Assembly (NCBI GenBank): GCA_043739185.1
Contig: JAYUEN010000506.1
Span: forward strand, 15,682-79,681
Source: Bdellovibrionales bacterium
GTDB lineage: Bacteria; Bdellovibrionota; Bdellovibrionia; Bdellovibrionales; JAMPXM01
Length of the DNA: 64,000 nt
Reading direction: 5' to 3'
The notes beneath the pieces were generated by a model, which was given only the letters and a program-made list of their open reading frames with translations, was not told the DNA's origin and searched no databases. This document shows, one piece after another, positions 8,870 through 18,724 of this stretch (within the stretch, counting starts at the first letter, position 1; each line of letters begins with the position of its first letter). Made by a program: the position numbers and the translations under genes.

Positions 8870-11800
8870 AATCTTAAAATCAGTTTTGGCACTTTCGACC
8901 CTTTTCGGTCTCTTGGGTTGCTTCCCAAAATCCCAAGACAGGCCCGATGAAACAAATGGCGGCAATGCCAATTTCGCCGTCTCTGCGGTCAGTGGTACTA
9001 TAGGTGGCTCTCGAAATATCGGTGACTTTCCTCTCCCAGGAGAAAAGACCTATAATTTCAAAGCTTGCTTGATCGATTTTAGCCGGCGAACAAATATTCC
9101 GAATGCCAAGTTTTTAATAAAAGAAATCGAACAAGAGATTGTAACTGATGCACAAGGCTGTCTCAATTGGCCCGAAAGTATTAAGTTTAATTATCTTGCC
9201 GATTCGATTTGGATCAAAATGACTCGAACCCTAGTCGCAAGAGGCTTGCAGCGCGGGTCTCGCCCAATTCATTTTGCAATCAATCCTTGGTCACACGGAG
9301 AGAACTTAGCTGAGGTTTTAGATCTTTCAAAACAAAGTACACCTTACTTACTTGATAATGAAAGAGAAATCGCCCTTCGTCTCGAAGGAAAAGATGCCGG
9401 CAACAATGTGAAAGCACGAAATGTTTGGGTTGAGAATGGCGAACTCAATGTCACCAATGGCAAGCTCATCGGACGCTCTTACTCCTGGCATGATCAGATT
9501 TTTTTAAAGCCGCAAATTTTATTTACTAAAACAGATGCAACTCCCGTTTTAGTACCTATTCTTCATGGCAGTTTCAGAGTTGAAATCAGTTTGATTTCAG
9601 AAGATGTCAAAAATCAAAAAATTCAAAGGGACGTTTTGGCCCAACAGATTATCAACAAGGTTGAACTTGCAAATCAGACGCTTATGTTAGACGTGGATTT
9701 CATATTGAAGAAAGTCCCCACCAGTGGGCAAGCCATTTTGGGTGTGAAGTTGATTCCTCTTGGTGCTCCCGAGGGGCTTCATCCTTTTGAGGGCGTCTTC
9801 CCATTGGGAAATTTTCAAGCCTTTACGCAATCAACCTCTCTCAAAATTAGCGAAGTGGTGGCTCGACAAAATGCGAAGGGACAATTTTCTTTGAATCAGT
9901 TTGTCGGCGGCAAAAATGCAAATTTAAACTCGACTCAGGTTAATTCGCAGGGAACCGGATCTTTTTCAAATAACCATATGGAGTCCGCCGGAGTTTTTGT
10001 AGAACACTTTCGTATTGATGACTTTAAAATCGTAAGTGAAACCACTCTCAAAAAGATTTGGAGCTATCGAATTCACGCTTGTCTTACGAGTACAATCGCA
10101 AATATCGGACTGACCCATCAAGATTTCAAAGTGCAAATTTCAAATGAGGACGGCCAAGTTTTAGAATCTAAGACCGTCACCACCGAACATGATTCGTGTT
10201 TTTATTTTGAAGCACGTACTCAAGAGTTTGATCAAAACGAATGCCATCACTATTTGAAGACCTCTATTCAAATCACCAATACAGACCTACTTATGAATGA
10301 GACCGAATCTATTCTCATCAATCCGTGGATGGAAAAAGCAATTGATTTGCGAGCTGCACAAGACGCAAGTCAGTATTCGACGACTTGTCAAAATAAATCA
10401 GACAATCTCATCTTTTTAAAAACTATGATGCTTCAACGAATCTCTTATCGCCCGCAAGTTCTAGATAAGAGTTTACAGATTTCTCAACATGGAGTTTATC
10501 AAATCACCATGGGAGATTCAGGAATTAAAGATCCAAGCAATGAGCACACTGGCTTGGTTGCCCTTCCCAAGGCTTTTCCCGACGGGAAATATCTATTGAG
10601 ACTTGCCTTTGTTCGCTCTTCAGATGTCAGACCCGATCATGGATACGTCACTCATTCAGACGTCGTGATGACTGCTGATGGCGGAACCCTTCAAGGAATA
10701 ATGGATGTCGATATTAAAGATTTGCAATCTACTATGGTAAGAAAAATGGTGATTGCTCAGCTTTTTCCTATTAAAATGGATCTGATTAAAGAAGTGAACT
10801 GGCACGCCCGAAATTTTAATTTTGAAACTTTAATTGATAGTGATAGCAAACTCATTTCGCCTGCCTATTTTGCCAGTACTGTCGTTTTAGGTAATCCGGG
10901 TGCGCCCATTTATCTCAATCGCAATTTGAGCGATTTCCCCACTCTAGCTGATATCATAACAAAGGGTTTTAAGGCTGAACAGGTATCAAGCTCATTGATT
11001 AAAGATATTGTAAATGCGGGAGAGACCGCGCAATCAGCTCTCATAGGGAAAAACTCTTTTAAAGAAAACGACCCACAAGCCTGGGCCGATTGGGCAAAAA
11101 AGCAAAACTTAGAGCTCTTTTGGCTACAAGACAAAGCTTCGCTTGAAAAGTCCAAGCAGTCTCTTCGTATTGTTGGCGACGCAAAAGCCGAACTGCAAGA
11201 ATTAATTGATATCGACCGACTCGACGCCAAGTGGGCCTTACAGTTTTGCAAGATTTTGCGAAACGATGTTTGGAAGAACCTGATTGATACCAAGTCGCTT
11301 TTTTATTTGACCTCGCGCTTGAGTAGCCATGACTCTTTTATGCAAACTTGCCAAGATCTCATCAAAGAAAATCCGAATGCATTCATACGCAAAACCAATG
11401 TGTATCGAGTGCTTCATATGATGGGTCCGGGCGTGATGAATCCAGCCAATCTAGCAATTTCAAATTTGAGTGTCTCGAGCGGTTATGGTTTTACAACTGG
11501 TCACACCGAACTCGATGGCACGCAATCAAGCTTATCTATTTCCGCCGGAATTTCTGGTACCATCGGCAAATTTTTTACCGCCGGATTCGGCGGCAGTTAT
11601 GGCTCCCTACATATGGAGACCGATGATCGCAATCGACACAGCACCACCGATTTGGGAACATCTGTTTCTCTGGGCGTTACACGGTGGCAATTCGATTTGC
11701 CGGTTGATCGCTACCAACGCTGTAGTTTATTAAGAGTAAATCCAAATGTATTTCTCTATAAATCGACAACCTCTAGAACTGGCCTCTTGAGTTTCGAATA

Positions 11801-12257
11801 CAATAAAATGTTACTCCGAAAATATGTTGATCGCGCCAAATTATTTAAATTAAGCGAAGAAGAAAATCCTTTTACACATGGCTGGATGATTTGTTCAGAT
11901 CAAATTTTAACAAACCCAGTCAATTTGCCTGAAACATACTATATGATATCGCAAAGCAATGCTGACTCTGAGAGCTTTGATTCTTTTGACGGAATCAATC
12001 GTAGATTTTTCCTTCCTCTACGTGGCACTTCAGATATGGCTCGCTTTAAATCCGTCATGTGTGAATCTCGAAACTATCCTGATTCGGGTGAATTGACAGA
12101 TGAAACGGTTTCGGATCTTGCTGCCCAGATTTCACCGCTTATAAGAAGGATGGATTCTGGACCATCATTGATAATTTACGATCCGAACTTTAAACTGCCA
12201 AAAACCAAAGGCGACGAATCGACTTGGCTACCAAAGAAAGAAGAAGAAATTAAGTAA
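8856..12257 (+). CDS. Large (1133 aa) lipoprotein of unknown function
   Basis: Lipobox LLGC; overlaps the upstream barrel gene; duplicated ACL...C...INPW module. Confidence 0.8.
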   Translation: MISFRILKSVLALSTLFGLLGCFPKSQDRPDETNGGNANFAVSAVSGTIGGSRNIGDFPLPGEKTYNFKACLIDFSRRTNIPNAKFLIKEIEQEIVTDAQGCLNWPESIKFNYLADSIWIKMTRTLVARGLQRGSRPIHFAINPWSHGENLAEVLDLSKQSTPYLLDNEREIALRLEGKDAGNNVKARNVWVENGELNVTNGKLIGRSYSWHDQIFLKPQILFTKTDATPVLVPILHGSFRVEISLISEDVKNQKIQRDVLAQQIINKVELANQTLMLDVDFILKKVPTSGQAILGVKLIPLGAPEGLHPFEGVFPLGNFQAFTQSTSLKISEVVARQNAKGQFSLNQFVGGKNANLNSTQVNSQGTGSFSNNHMESAGVFVEHFRIDDFKIVSETTLKKIWSYRIHACLTSTIANIGLTHQDFKVQISNEDGQVLESKTVTTEHDSCFYFEARTQEFDQNECHHYLKTSIQITNTDLLMNETESILINPWMEKAIDLRAAQDASQYSTTCQNKSDNLIFLKTMMLQRISYRPQVLDKSLQISQHGVYQITMGDSGIKDPSNEHTGLVALPKAFPDGKYLLRLAFVRSSDVRPDHGYVTHSDVVMTADGGTLQGIMDVDIKDLQSTMVRKMVIAQLFPIKMDLIKEVNWHARNFNFETLIDSDSKLISPAYFASTVVLGNPGAPIYLNRNLSDFPTLADIITKGFKAEQVSSSLIKDIVNAGETAQSALIGKNSFKENDPQAWADWAKKQNLELFWLQDKASLEKSKQSLRIVGDAKAELQELIDIDRLDAKWALQFCKILRNDVWKNLIDTKSLFYLTSRLSSHDSFMQTCQDLIKENPNAFIRKTNVYRVLHMMGPGVMNPANLAISNLSVSSGYGFTTGHTELDGTQSSLSISAGISGTIGKFFTAGFGGSYGSLHMETDDRNRHSTTDLGTSVSLGVTRWQFDLPVDRYQRCSLLRVNPNVFLYKSTTSRTGLLSFEYNKMLLRKYVDRAKLFKLSEEENPFTHGWMICSDQILTNPVNLPETYYMISQSNADSESFDSFDGINRRFFLPLRGTSDMARFKSVMCESRNYPDSGELTDETVSDLAAQISPLIRRMDSGPSLIIYDPNFKLPKTKGDESTWLPKKEEEIK

Positions 12258-12825
12258 ATACGGCCTGCGATAGTTCGAATGTATGTTGTCGAACATCCTT
12301 TGGCCAACTTTCAATATGAATCCGAAATTTTTCAAGATCTCTTTTGTATAGTGCTCGCAAAGCCTCCTCGAAGCCATTGAGATCACCCGCAATCACGGAC
12401 ATAAATTTGTAAGTTCTGTCTTGCGCCTGTTTGATTGAAACTTGCGTACCCTCTTTTTTTCTCGCCTCTTCAATGAGCCTGCGAATTGTTGCGGATGCGC
12501 CGCCACTTTGCGTGGCCAACCATTCCCAATGCCGTGGTAAAAGCGAAATTTCTCGCGAAACGACACCTAACTTCGGTCGACCTGGACCCTGACTTTCGAT
12601 TGAGTCTTTACTCCCAATATAAACTTCAAGGCGCTTCAATAACTCTCTTTCACTACCTTGAAAATTGAAGTCAAATAATTTTCCTGTCGAATCGCTGAAA
12701 ATAAGGATGTGGCAATTGTCTGCTTTGCCTAACCGCTTTTTGGTTTTAATAATCACCTGATCGAGTGTTCCTCGATAGAGTACTCGACCTTGCTCAAACG
12801 CCGTATACAAATGTGGACTCGCCAT
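12250..12825 (-). CDS. DUF2239-family protein
   Basis: GPGRPKLGVVSREISLLPRHWEWL..GGASATIRRL signature; AGGAGG RBS before ATG 12825. Confidence 0.85.
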   Translation of the reverse strand: MASPHLYTAFEQGRVLYRGTLDQVIIKTKKRLGKADNCHILIFSDSTGKLFDFNFQGSERELLKRLEVYIGSKDSIESQGPGRPKLGVVSREISLLPRHWEWLATQSGGASATIRRLIEEARKKEGTQVSIKQAQDRTYKFMSVIAGDLNGFEEALRALYKRDLEKFRIHIESWPKDVRQHTFELSQAVFT

Positions 12826-12844
12826 TGGCCCTCCTGCCATTTGT

Positions 12845-12885
12845 GTTTTACCCGGGTAAATTTAAAATGTCAATATCACCCGGGG
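12845..12885 (-). promoter_or_regulatory. Sigma70 promoter of DUF2239 gene with two ACCCGGG(T/G) operator-like sites
   Basis: Minus-strand TTGACA-N17-TAAAAC; palindrome TTTACCCGGGTAAA 12847-12860; ACCCGGGG 12878-12885. Confidence 0.7.
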
Positions 12886-12987
12886 AAAATAGTCTGGACC
12901 GGACTTTTCGCTAGCGGGTTTTAAGATGTTTGAACTGCCGGAACTTAATGTTTAATTCATTGAGAAATACTTGAAATTCATAGAGAA

Positions 12988-14337
12988 TTGAAGTTGATGT
13001 CAGATCCTTTGAACTTTCAAATTTTAGCGCTCGGTTTGAATAAAAAACTCGAAGAGTTTATTGAGTCTTGCTTTATCAGCGGTGGCACTCTTGTTAAAAT
13101 TTCAACAGCTGATGAATTTTTTGATAAGTTTGAACAGTGGCATGATGGTGACTTTGCCGGCATTTTTTGTGGTAGTGATATACCTGAGCTGTCGGGCAAA
13201 GAGTTGGGACAGGGCCTTCAAAATCAATGCCCCAATACTCATAAATTCTATGTGACAAATGACTTAACCGACTACCAGCCCTCAGTGCTTTTAAAAAATG
13301 GTTTTACCAATGTCTTTTGTTTGCCTCAAGACAAAGAATTATTGATTCGATCGATAAAAGAAGAAATTCTAACAAATATTTCTGGCAAACAATCCTTGCG
13401 ACCAATCAAGATAATGGATGTGGGTTCAGATGAAAAGCTAGATTTCGGCACCTTTGTTTTCTTGCCGTTGAACAATCGATTTGTGCCCTTTTCGAAATCC
13501 AACGAAAAGATAGATGAAGAACGTTTAAAGAAACTCAGCAAACATCAAGTGGGCAGTCTTTTCATTGATAAAAATGATCTCAATCGATTTTATACTTACT
13601 CTGCTAACCGCTTGCGCGACGCAACCAAACCCGGGATGGGCGCGACTGAACGCCAAGCAAAGCTTGAAACTCATGTTCGTGGTTTGTTCAATTCAATATT
13701 TGATCAAGCCATTAAAACGGATTTCGCCGGCGGCAAAGAGATGGTCGAAAACTGCCAAAATATCATTTCAAATTTTATTACAAAGGGTTCTTCAAATGAT
13801 TGGCACTTGCGCTTGCTGGCCTCAATTGGGGACTTGACCGATCCTTATAATCACGCCTCTCGCGTTTCAACTCTGGCCGCGCTTTTCGCCGTCGGATTAG
13901 ATCACCCCAACCCCGAAGATTTGGCAATGGCAGGTATGTTTCACGACGTTGGGATGATTGATATTCCGGATATAATTTTAGACAAGCCTGAGAACGAATG
14001 GAGCCCAGAAGATCGGGCCATTTACGAAGGACATCCCGAAAGAACCATGTATTATTTGAAACAAAAAAGAATTAGTCTTTCAACCGAAGTTGAAAAGGCG
14101 ATATTGCAACATCACGAGAAGGCCTCAGGAAAAGGATATCCAAGAGGGATGAGTGAACGAATAACCGTTGAAGCGCAAATCTTATCTTATGCCGATCAGT
14201 TTGATTATTTGACTCGCATTGAACCAGGCAAGAAGAACTTATCTCCTTCAGAGGCCCACGAGGCGATTGCAGCCACGCAAAGTATTGAGACAGAATTACT
14301 CGAAAAATTACAGAAGCTGGTGAACGGTGAAGTATAG
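12988..14337 (+). CDS. HD-GYP domain protein (putative cyclic dinucleotide phosphodiesterase)
   Basis: MFHDVG, HHEKASGKGYP, YADQFD; degenerate receiver-like N-terminus. Confidence 0.85.
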   Translation: MKLMSDPLNFQILALGLNKKLEEFIESCFISGGTLVKISTADEFFDKFEQWHDGDFAGIFCGSDIPELSGKELGQGLQNQCPNTHKFYVTNDLTDYQPSVLLKNGFTNVFCLPQDKELLIRSIKEEILTNISGKQSLRPIKIMDVGSDEKLDFGTFVFLPLNNRFVPFSKSNEKIDEERLKKLSKHQVGSLFIDKNDLNRFYTYSANRLRDATKPGMGATERQAKLETHVRGLFNSIFDQAIKTDFAGGKEMVENCQNIISNFITKGSSNDWHLRLLASIGDLTDPYNHASRVSTLAALFAVGLDHPNPEDLAMAGMFHDVGMIDIPDIILDKPENEWSPEDRAIYEGHPERTMYYLKQKRISLSTEVEKAILQHHEKASGKGYPRGMSERITVEAQILSYADQFDYLTRIEPGKKNLSPSEAHEAIAATQSIETELLEKLQKLVNGEV

Positions 14338-14349
14338 TGGTCTAAATAT

Positions 14350-14754
14350 TTATCCCGCACGCTTTGAGGTTTTTGCGTAAGCCTCTGCCAGTTTTGTTTT
14401 TAAAACCTCAGAGGTAAATGGTTTGACGATATAGTTGTCGACACCAGCTTTTAGAGCCTCCGCAACACGATGACCATCGGATTCGGCAGTAAGTAATACA
14501 AAGGGCATATTTTTAAAGCGACCATCGCCACGCACCCGCTTAAGAAGATCTAAGCCTGTGCAATTTGGCATATCCCAATCTGAAATGATGAGTTCGATCA
14601 CATGCTCTGAGCTATTTAAGATTTCCCATGCTTTTTGGCCATCAGTGGTATCAATCAAATTTGTAAATCCGATATCGCGGCATGCGCGTGATACGATTTT
14701 TCTCATCGTCAACATATCATCAACCAGCAATACTTTTATTTTCGGATCGTACAT
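14350..14754 (-). CDS. cheY: CheY-like single-domain response regulator
   Basis: LLVDD, ISDWDMP, LTAE, YIVKPF. Confidence 0.85.
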   Translation of the reverse strand: MYDPKIKVLLVDDMLTMRKIVSRACRDIGFTNLIDTTDGQKAWEILNSSEHVIELIISDWDMPNCTGLDLLKRVRGDGRFKNMPFVLLTAESDGHRVAEALKAGVDNYIVKPFTSEVLKTKLAEAYAKTSKRAG

Positions 14755-14784
14755 TGAGTTTCCTTTGCTTTATCTTGCATCAAT

Positions 14785-14812
14785 TAATCGGCTCTTTCAT
14801 AGGTGAACTCAA
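14785..14812 (-). promoter_or_regulatory. Sigma28 (FliA)-like promoter for the cheY-like gene
   Basis: Minus-strand TTGAG-N15-GCCGATTA. Confidence 0.6.
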
Positions 14813-15072
14813 TTAACATGGTGTTAATTGAACGAATTCACTCTTGATATTTTCAATTTGAGACATTTGAGGGTGATTTTCATCTCGTGACAGTTGATAT
14901 TTTCTTAAAAATTCAATTTTCACTCTCTGAAAAGATTTCAAGACTTCGGCTCGAAACGTCACCTTTCTCACTATTCATTGTACTCAAATCTCATTTGCTT
15001 AAGGCAGACTTGGCCCTGTTTTTGTAAATGTATTTTAGGTCGAGATCTCCCTGGATCAGGAATTAAAACGAG

Positions 15073-16269
15073 GTGGCTATGTCGCAGAAAAATCAATTTC
15101 GCTTTTTAGTCTGTTTTTTATTTTCAATTCTGGCGCATTCAAGTGTCTTGGTGGCTTCATTCTTTTTTACTCAAGCTATTGCCGAAGAACCGCAGGGCGC
15201 AATTGTAAAAGCCGCCGCAGGCTCTTCTGCAATTCAGGCCATGAATTCGCCCACCCTACACAGTGTCGAATTGACTGATATCAAAACCTCCCAGCATTCG
15301 ATTCCTGACTCTGTACAAGTAGCAGAGCTCGCTCAAAAATTACCTGAAAAATCGCCCGATAAATTTAGGGCTCTTGCAAAAAATGATATCATTTTGGCAA
15401 AAGCAGATGACCCAACCGCGGTCGAAATCGAAAAGCCGATTCCACAAGCCTTGCCGGTTGTAGCTCCCGCAAAAACAATTGCTGAAACAAAAAAGTCGCA
15501 TGTGAAAAAGAAGCCGAGTCATTTAGCAAAAGCGGCTCTACCCAAAAAAGAAGTATCCAAGCCCATAACCTCTGAAAATCTGAAAGACGATACTATTGTG
15601 GCACAAGCAGAAGAATTAACCCCAGTTAAAGATCGCGTGGATGCGCAAGCTAAAGACGAAGTAGCGGTTGAAGCAACTCTTGCGCCTATTACTGAAACTC
15701 AAACCAAAGAAGCACCCGCACCTGCAGAGAGCACTCCCATTCAAGTAAGTAAGGCTGCCGAAGAAGAAGAAAACACAAGAGTTGAAGAGGCCGCGCCGAC
15801 TCCAAGTAAGCTCGCAAAACCTATTGCCAAATCAAATTCAACTCACGGTGATGCGCGTGCCTTAAAAGCAAAGGGTGAAGGAGATTTAGCAGAGTCGGTA
15901 GGAGCCGGGTCGGCACAAGCTTCGAGTCCTGGCGGCGCACCCGAAGGTGTTCGTGATGGGGACAGTCTGGTCGAATTGACCGGAAATATTCGACCGCTTT
16001 ATCCAGTTGAAGATCGACGAGCTAAACGTGAAGGTACTGCGGTATTTATTGCTCGCATAACTCACGATGGACGAGTTCAAGAAATAAAGCTTGAATCCCC
16101 GGCCACCGCCGCAATGAACGCAGCGGCATTAAAGGCCTTTGGAAGCTACCACTACAAAGCGGGACAAGAAGGCTGGGTACGTAAGAAATTTGTTTTCAAA
16201 ATCACTGGCGAAGCAGAAGAACCAGCCCGCCTGCGAAGAACTTCGAAAAATGATTCAACTTCACGCTAA
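15073..16269 (+). CDS. TonB-family protein
   Basis: N-terminal TM with SxxxH; long Ala/Pro/Lys/Glu-rich spacer; C-terminal PLYP..RRAKREG..V TonB_C motif. Confidence 0.8.
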   Translation: MAMSQKNQFRFLVCFLFSILAHSSVLVASFFFTQAIAEEPQGAIVKAAAGSSAIQAMNSPTLHSVELTDIKTSQHSIPDSVQVAELAQKLPEKSPDKFRALAKNDIILAKADDPTAVEIEKPIPQALPVVAPAKTIAETKKSHVKKKPSHLAKAALPKKEVSKPITSENLKDDTIVAQAEELTPVKDRVDAQAKDEVAVEATLAPITETQTKEAPAPAESTPIQVSKAAEEEENTRVEEAAPTPSKLAKPIAKSNSTHGDARALKAKGEGDLAESVGAGSAQASSPGGAPEGVRDGDSLVELTGNIRPLYPVEDRRAKREGTAVFIARITHDGRVQEIKLESPATAAMNAAALKAFGSYHYKAGQEGWVRKKFVFKITGEAEEPARLRRTSKNDSTSR

Positions 16270-16300
16270 AAAAAATGGCAACCTCAATGGCTGCCATTTT
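16268..16300 (-). terminator. Intrinsic terminator (probably bidirectional)
   Basis: Minus strand aaaatggcagcc-attga-ggttgccattttttt. Confidence 0.75.
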
Positions 16301-16329
16301 CAAAAATTACAATTTAAAGATTAATTAGA

Positions 16330-16461
16330 CTATTTATCGCCGAATAAAGCTTTGCGAGATTTCGTCGTGCCCTTAGTGCGAAGTGCGGCTTTTCTTTTTT
16401 TACCACGAGCCCCAGCTTTACGAGTGCGGATTGTTTCAGTGCGTTTTGTTTTTGAAGCCAT
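16330..16461 (-). CDS. Unannotated 43-aa highly basic protein MASKTKRTETIRTRKAGARGKKRKAALRTKGTTKSRKALFGDK
   Basis: Hand translation; GAGGA RBS upstream of ATG; terminator just downstream. Confidence 0.75.
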   Translation of the reverse strand: MASKTKRTETIRTRKAGARGKKRKAALRTKGTTKSRKALFGDK

Positions 16462-16491
16462 AGTATCCTCTTTTCTAAAGAAGTCTGAGTA

Positions 16492-17370
16492 TCAAAAGTG
16501 CAACCACAAGTCAACGAATTGCCTAAAACCTGATCCGACCTGAACATCTTTCTGATAAGTATAGTCGATGCTAAGGCGTGGGCCTTTATAACCGATTCCA
16601 AAGCTAAAAAGCTTCTCCTCAGTGCCGACTTCTCGCCATTGCCATCCCGTCCTAACCACAAAATCATGGCGAAAATTGGTTTCTAGGCCCAGCTGGGTAT
16701 TGAGCCGGTGGCCCTCATTAAATTTGTCGGGCCTCACAATATCAAAACAAAAGACAAAGCTGGATTCATATTTAAATGAAGTCCCGAGGGCCAGGGTAGG
16801 AATCGTCTGAAATGCTTGAGGTACCGAATCGTCGCCGCCCATAATATCGTAGGCTACGAAAGCAAATGAAAACTGCCTTGAGGGCGCAAAGATAGTCCCA
16901 ATTGTGGCGTTGTTTTGCGCATATGCGCGGCTGTTATTATCTAAAAATAAATTGCGGTGAATTGAAACTCCAACTCCAAAACTGTCTGAAGGGGCAAAGG
17001 CAATTCCCAATTGAAAGTCCTGAAGATTCGCCGAGAATCCATTGGTATCTGAAACGCGCTTTTGAACATAAGAAAACTGCCCAGGAAAGGATTTGTCAGG
17101 CGTGCCATCTGCAAGCAAAGCTGAAAATTCAGTGATTGAACCATCTATTGGATGGTCACCCCAATCTGTCGAAACAGACCCATAATAATTTCGAAGTTCC
17201 GCAAGACTTGCAGGATTTAAAAACGCAGATTCACTGGGAACATTTCCGGCGCGCCCAGCACCGCCCATAGCATTGGCGATTCCTCCTGTATAAAACTGGG
17301 CCTCGGCTCGAAAATGAAGCAAAGATAGGGATAAGTATAAAAGCGCTGCGATTTTAAAATTTCTAGACAT
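16492..17370 (-). CDS. Outer-membrane beta-barrel, FadL/PorV-like
   Basis: Signal peptide; AMGGAG...FLNPASLA N-terminal motif; C-terminal Phe. Confidence 0.7.
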   Translation of the reverse strand: MSRNFKIAALLYLSLSLLHFRAEAQFYTGGIANAMGGAGRAGNVPSESAFLNPASLAELRNYYGSVSTDWGDHPIDGSITEFSALLADGTPDKSFPGQFSYVQKRVSDTNGFSANLQDFQLGIAFAPSDSFGVGVSIHRNLFLDNNSRAYAQNNATIGTIFAPSRQFSFAFVAYDIMGGDDSVPQAFQTIPTLALGTSFKYESSFVFCFDIVRPDKFNEGHRLNTQLGLETNFRHDFVVRTGWQWREVGTEEKLFSFGIGYKGPRLSIDYTYQKDVQVGSGFRQFVDLWLHF

Positions 17371-17410
17371 GGCACAAAGCTATGCCAACTAGGATCGAGG
17401 GTCAAAGAAA

Positions 17411-18673
17411 TCATCGATAACAAATGCTCGCGAACTCAACAAATAGATTATTTTTTTGACCGGGAGGAAAAGCCGGCGACGCAATATTATAATTTAAAAA
17501 GTCATTCGCATAAGTGTTATTCGCTGGTGGAATGGGAGGCGTATTAGCCGGAATACCAACGCTTGCATTGTAGCATCCTGCCCCAGCTTTTTTAGGAATA
17601 AGACAACGATTCGCCATATCCACATACCAATCCTGAGCTCGAAAACTATTGCGTACGATCGCAAGTTTTGAATCATTGGGGTTGTCAACACTGAGGGCAC
17701 AGCCCGCCTGGCTCAGATCGGCAGTTAAATTAGTTCGCAAAATTCGAAATTGCATAGAAGGATCACAAGTCCATGGATTGATAGTCGAAGGCACGCCTCG
17801 GCTTTCAAGATTGATTTCTGAAACACTTGCCAGGGTACTAATTGGATAACCGCCACTTGAACCAACGGGTTGCCGAAATTGAATTTGATAGCCACGGCCA
17901 AACACAGAAGTTCCTGAAGGCGAGGTACTCAATCCATAATCCGTCGGTGATCTCGCTTGGTACTTACCGGCGGCGCCAACATAAGTAACCGCAAGTAATG
18001 CTGTACCATTGCTGATTGTGGTTTGCAGCCCGGTCACTACTGACCATGAGTTATTGAGCGCGATATTGGCCTCAAAGCGAACGCCACGAGCCTGTTCGGT
18101 TCGGAGATAACGAACCCCATCACCGCTATTTGCCGTCAGCACGGCCATAGCAAAATCAGGATTATCCATAGCTGTAAAAAAAGTAGAATAATCCTGCCCC
18201 TCAGTCCCTGACGATCCCTGCGATGAAAGAAGTGGGATTTGAAAGTTAGCAAAAGTTCTAATTGCAAGCTGGGGAAACGCGCCAACTACAGCCGGGATCT
18301 GCGTTAAAACTGAAACCTGATCGCTTGTACGCGCACCAGCCACATTCTTATTGCTCATAAACGCAGGTGTAACTTGCACACCCGAGCCGGCTCGATAAGC
18401 CCCCGCACGAAAACTAAAATAAGCACTTGGATCATAAGTGCCCGCAGCTTGCTGGTTACAAGACATATAGGCAATCTGGTCAATTTGGCTATCATAAGGA
18501 AAATCAACACTTGCAAGGCTGGCAGCAAGCGAATTTCCGCTTGGCGTTGCTGGATTCGAACAGTTTTGGAATATCAAACCCGAAAGAACTAGGGCTATAA
18601 TCGAAGCCGCAAGTATTTTCTTCTCTTCACCGAACTTCCCAGAAAACTTGCTCAATTTTTCAAACTTAGACAT
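17411..18673 (-). CDS. FQNC-motif exported protein/lipoprotein
   Basis: Hydrophobic segment ending LIFQNC; GGAG RBS; Cys-rich C-terminus. Confidence 0.75.
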   Translation of the reverse strand: MSKFEKLSKFSGKFGEEKKILAASIIALVLSGLIFQNCSNPATPSGNSLAASLASVDFPYDSQIDQIAYMSCNQQAAGTYDPSAYFSFRAGAYRAGSGVQVTPAFMSNKNVAGARTSDQVSVLTQIPAVVGAFPQLAIRTFANFQIPLLSSQGSSGTEGQDYSTFFTAMDNPDFAMAVLTANSGDGVRYLRTEQARGVRFEANIALNNSWSVVTGLQTTISNGTALLAVTYVGAAGKYQARSPTDYGLSTSPSGTSVFGRGYQIQFRQPVGSSGGYPISTLASVSEINLESRGVPSTINPWTCDPSMQFRILRTNLTADLSQAGCALSVDNPNDSKLAIVRNSFRAQDWYVDMANRCLIPKKAGAGCYNASVGIPANTPPIPPANNTYANDFLNYNIASPAFPPGQKNNLFVEFASICYR

Positions 18674-18724
18674 TTCTTTTTACTCCGCGTTTTAAACCGA
18701 GAAAGCGTCTTAATATGATAGTAC

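Noticed and set aside
16314..16667. 117-aa minus-strand ORF from the track
   Set aside because: Overlaps the barrel gene out of frame; the 43-aa ORF with a good RBS explains the region better
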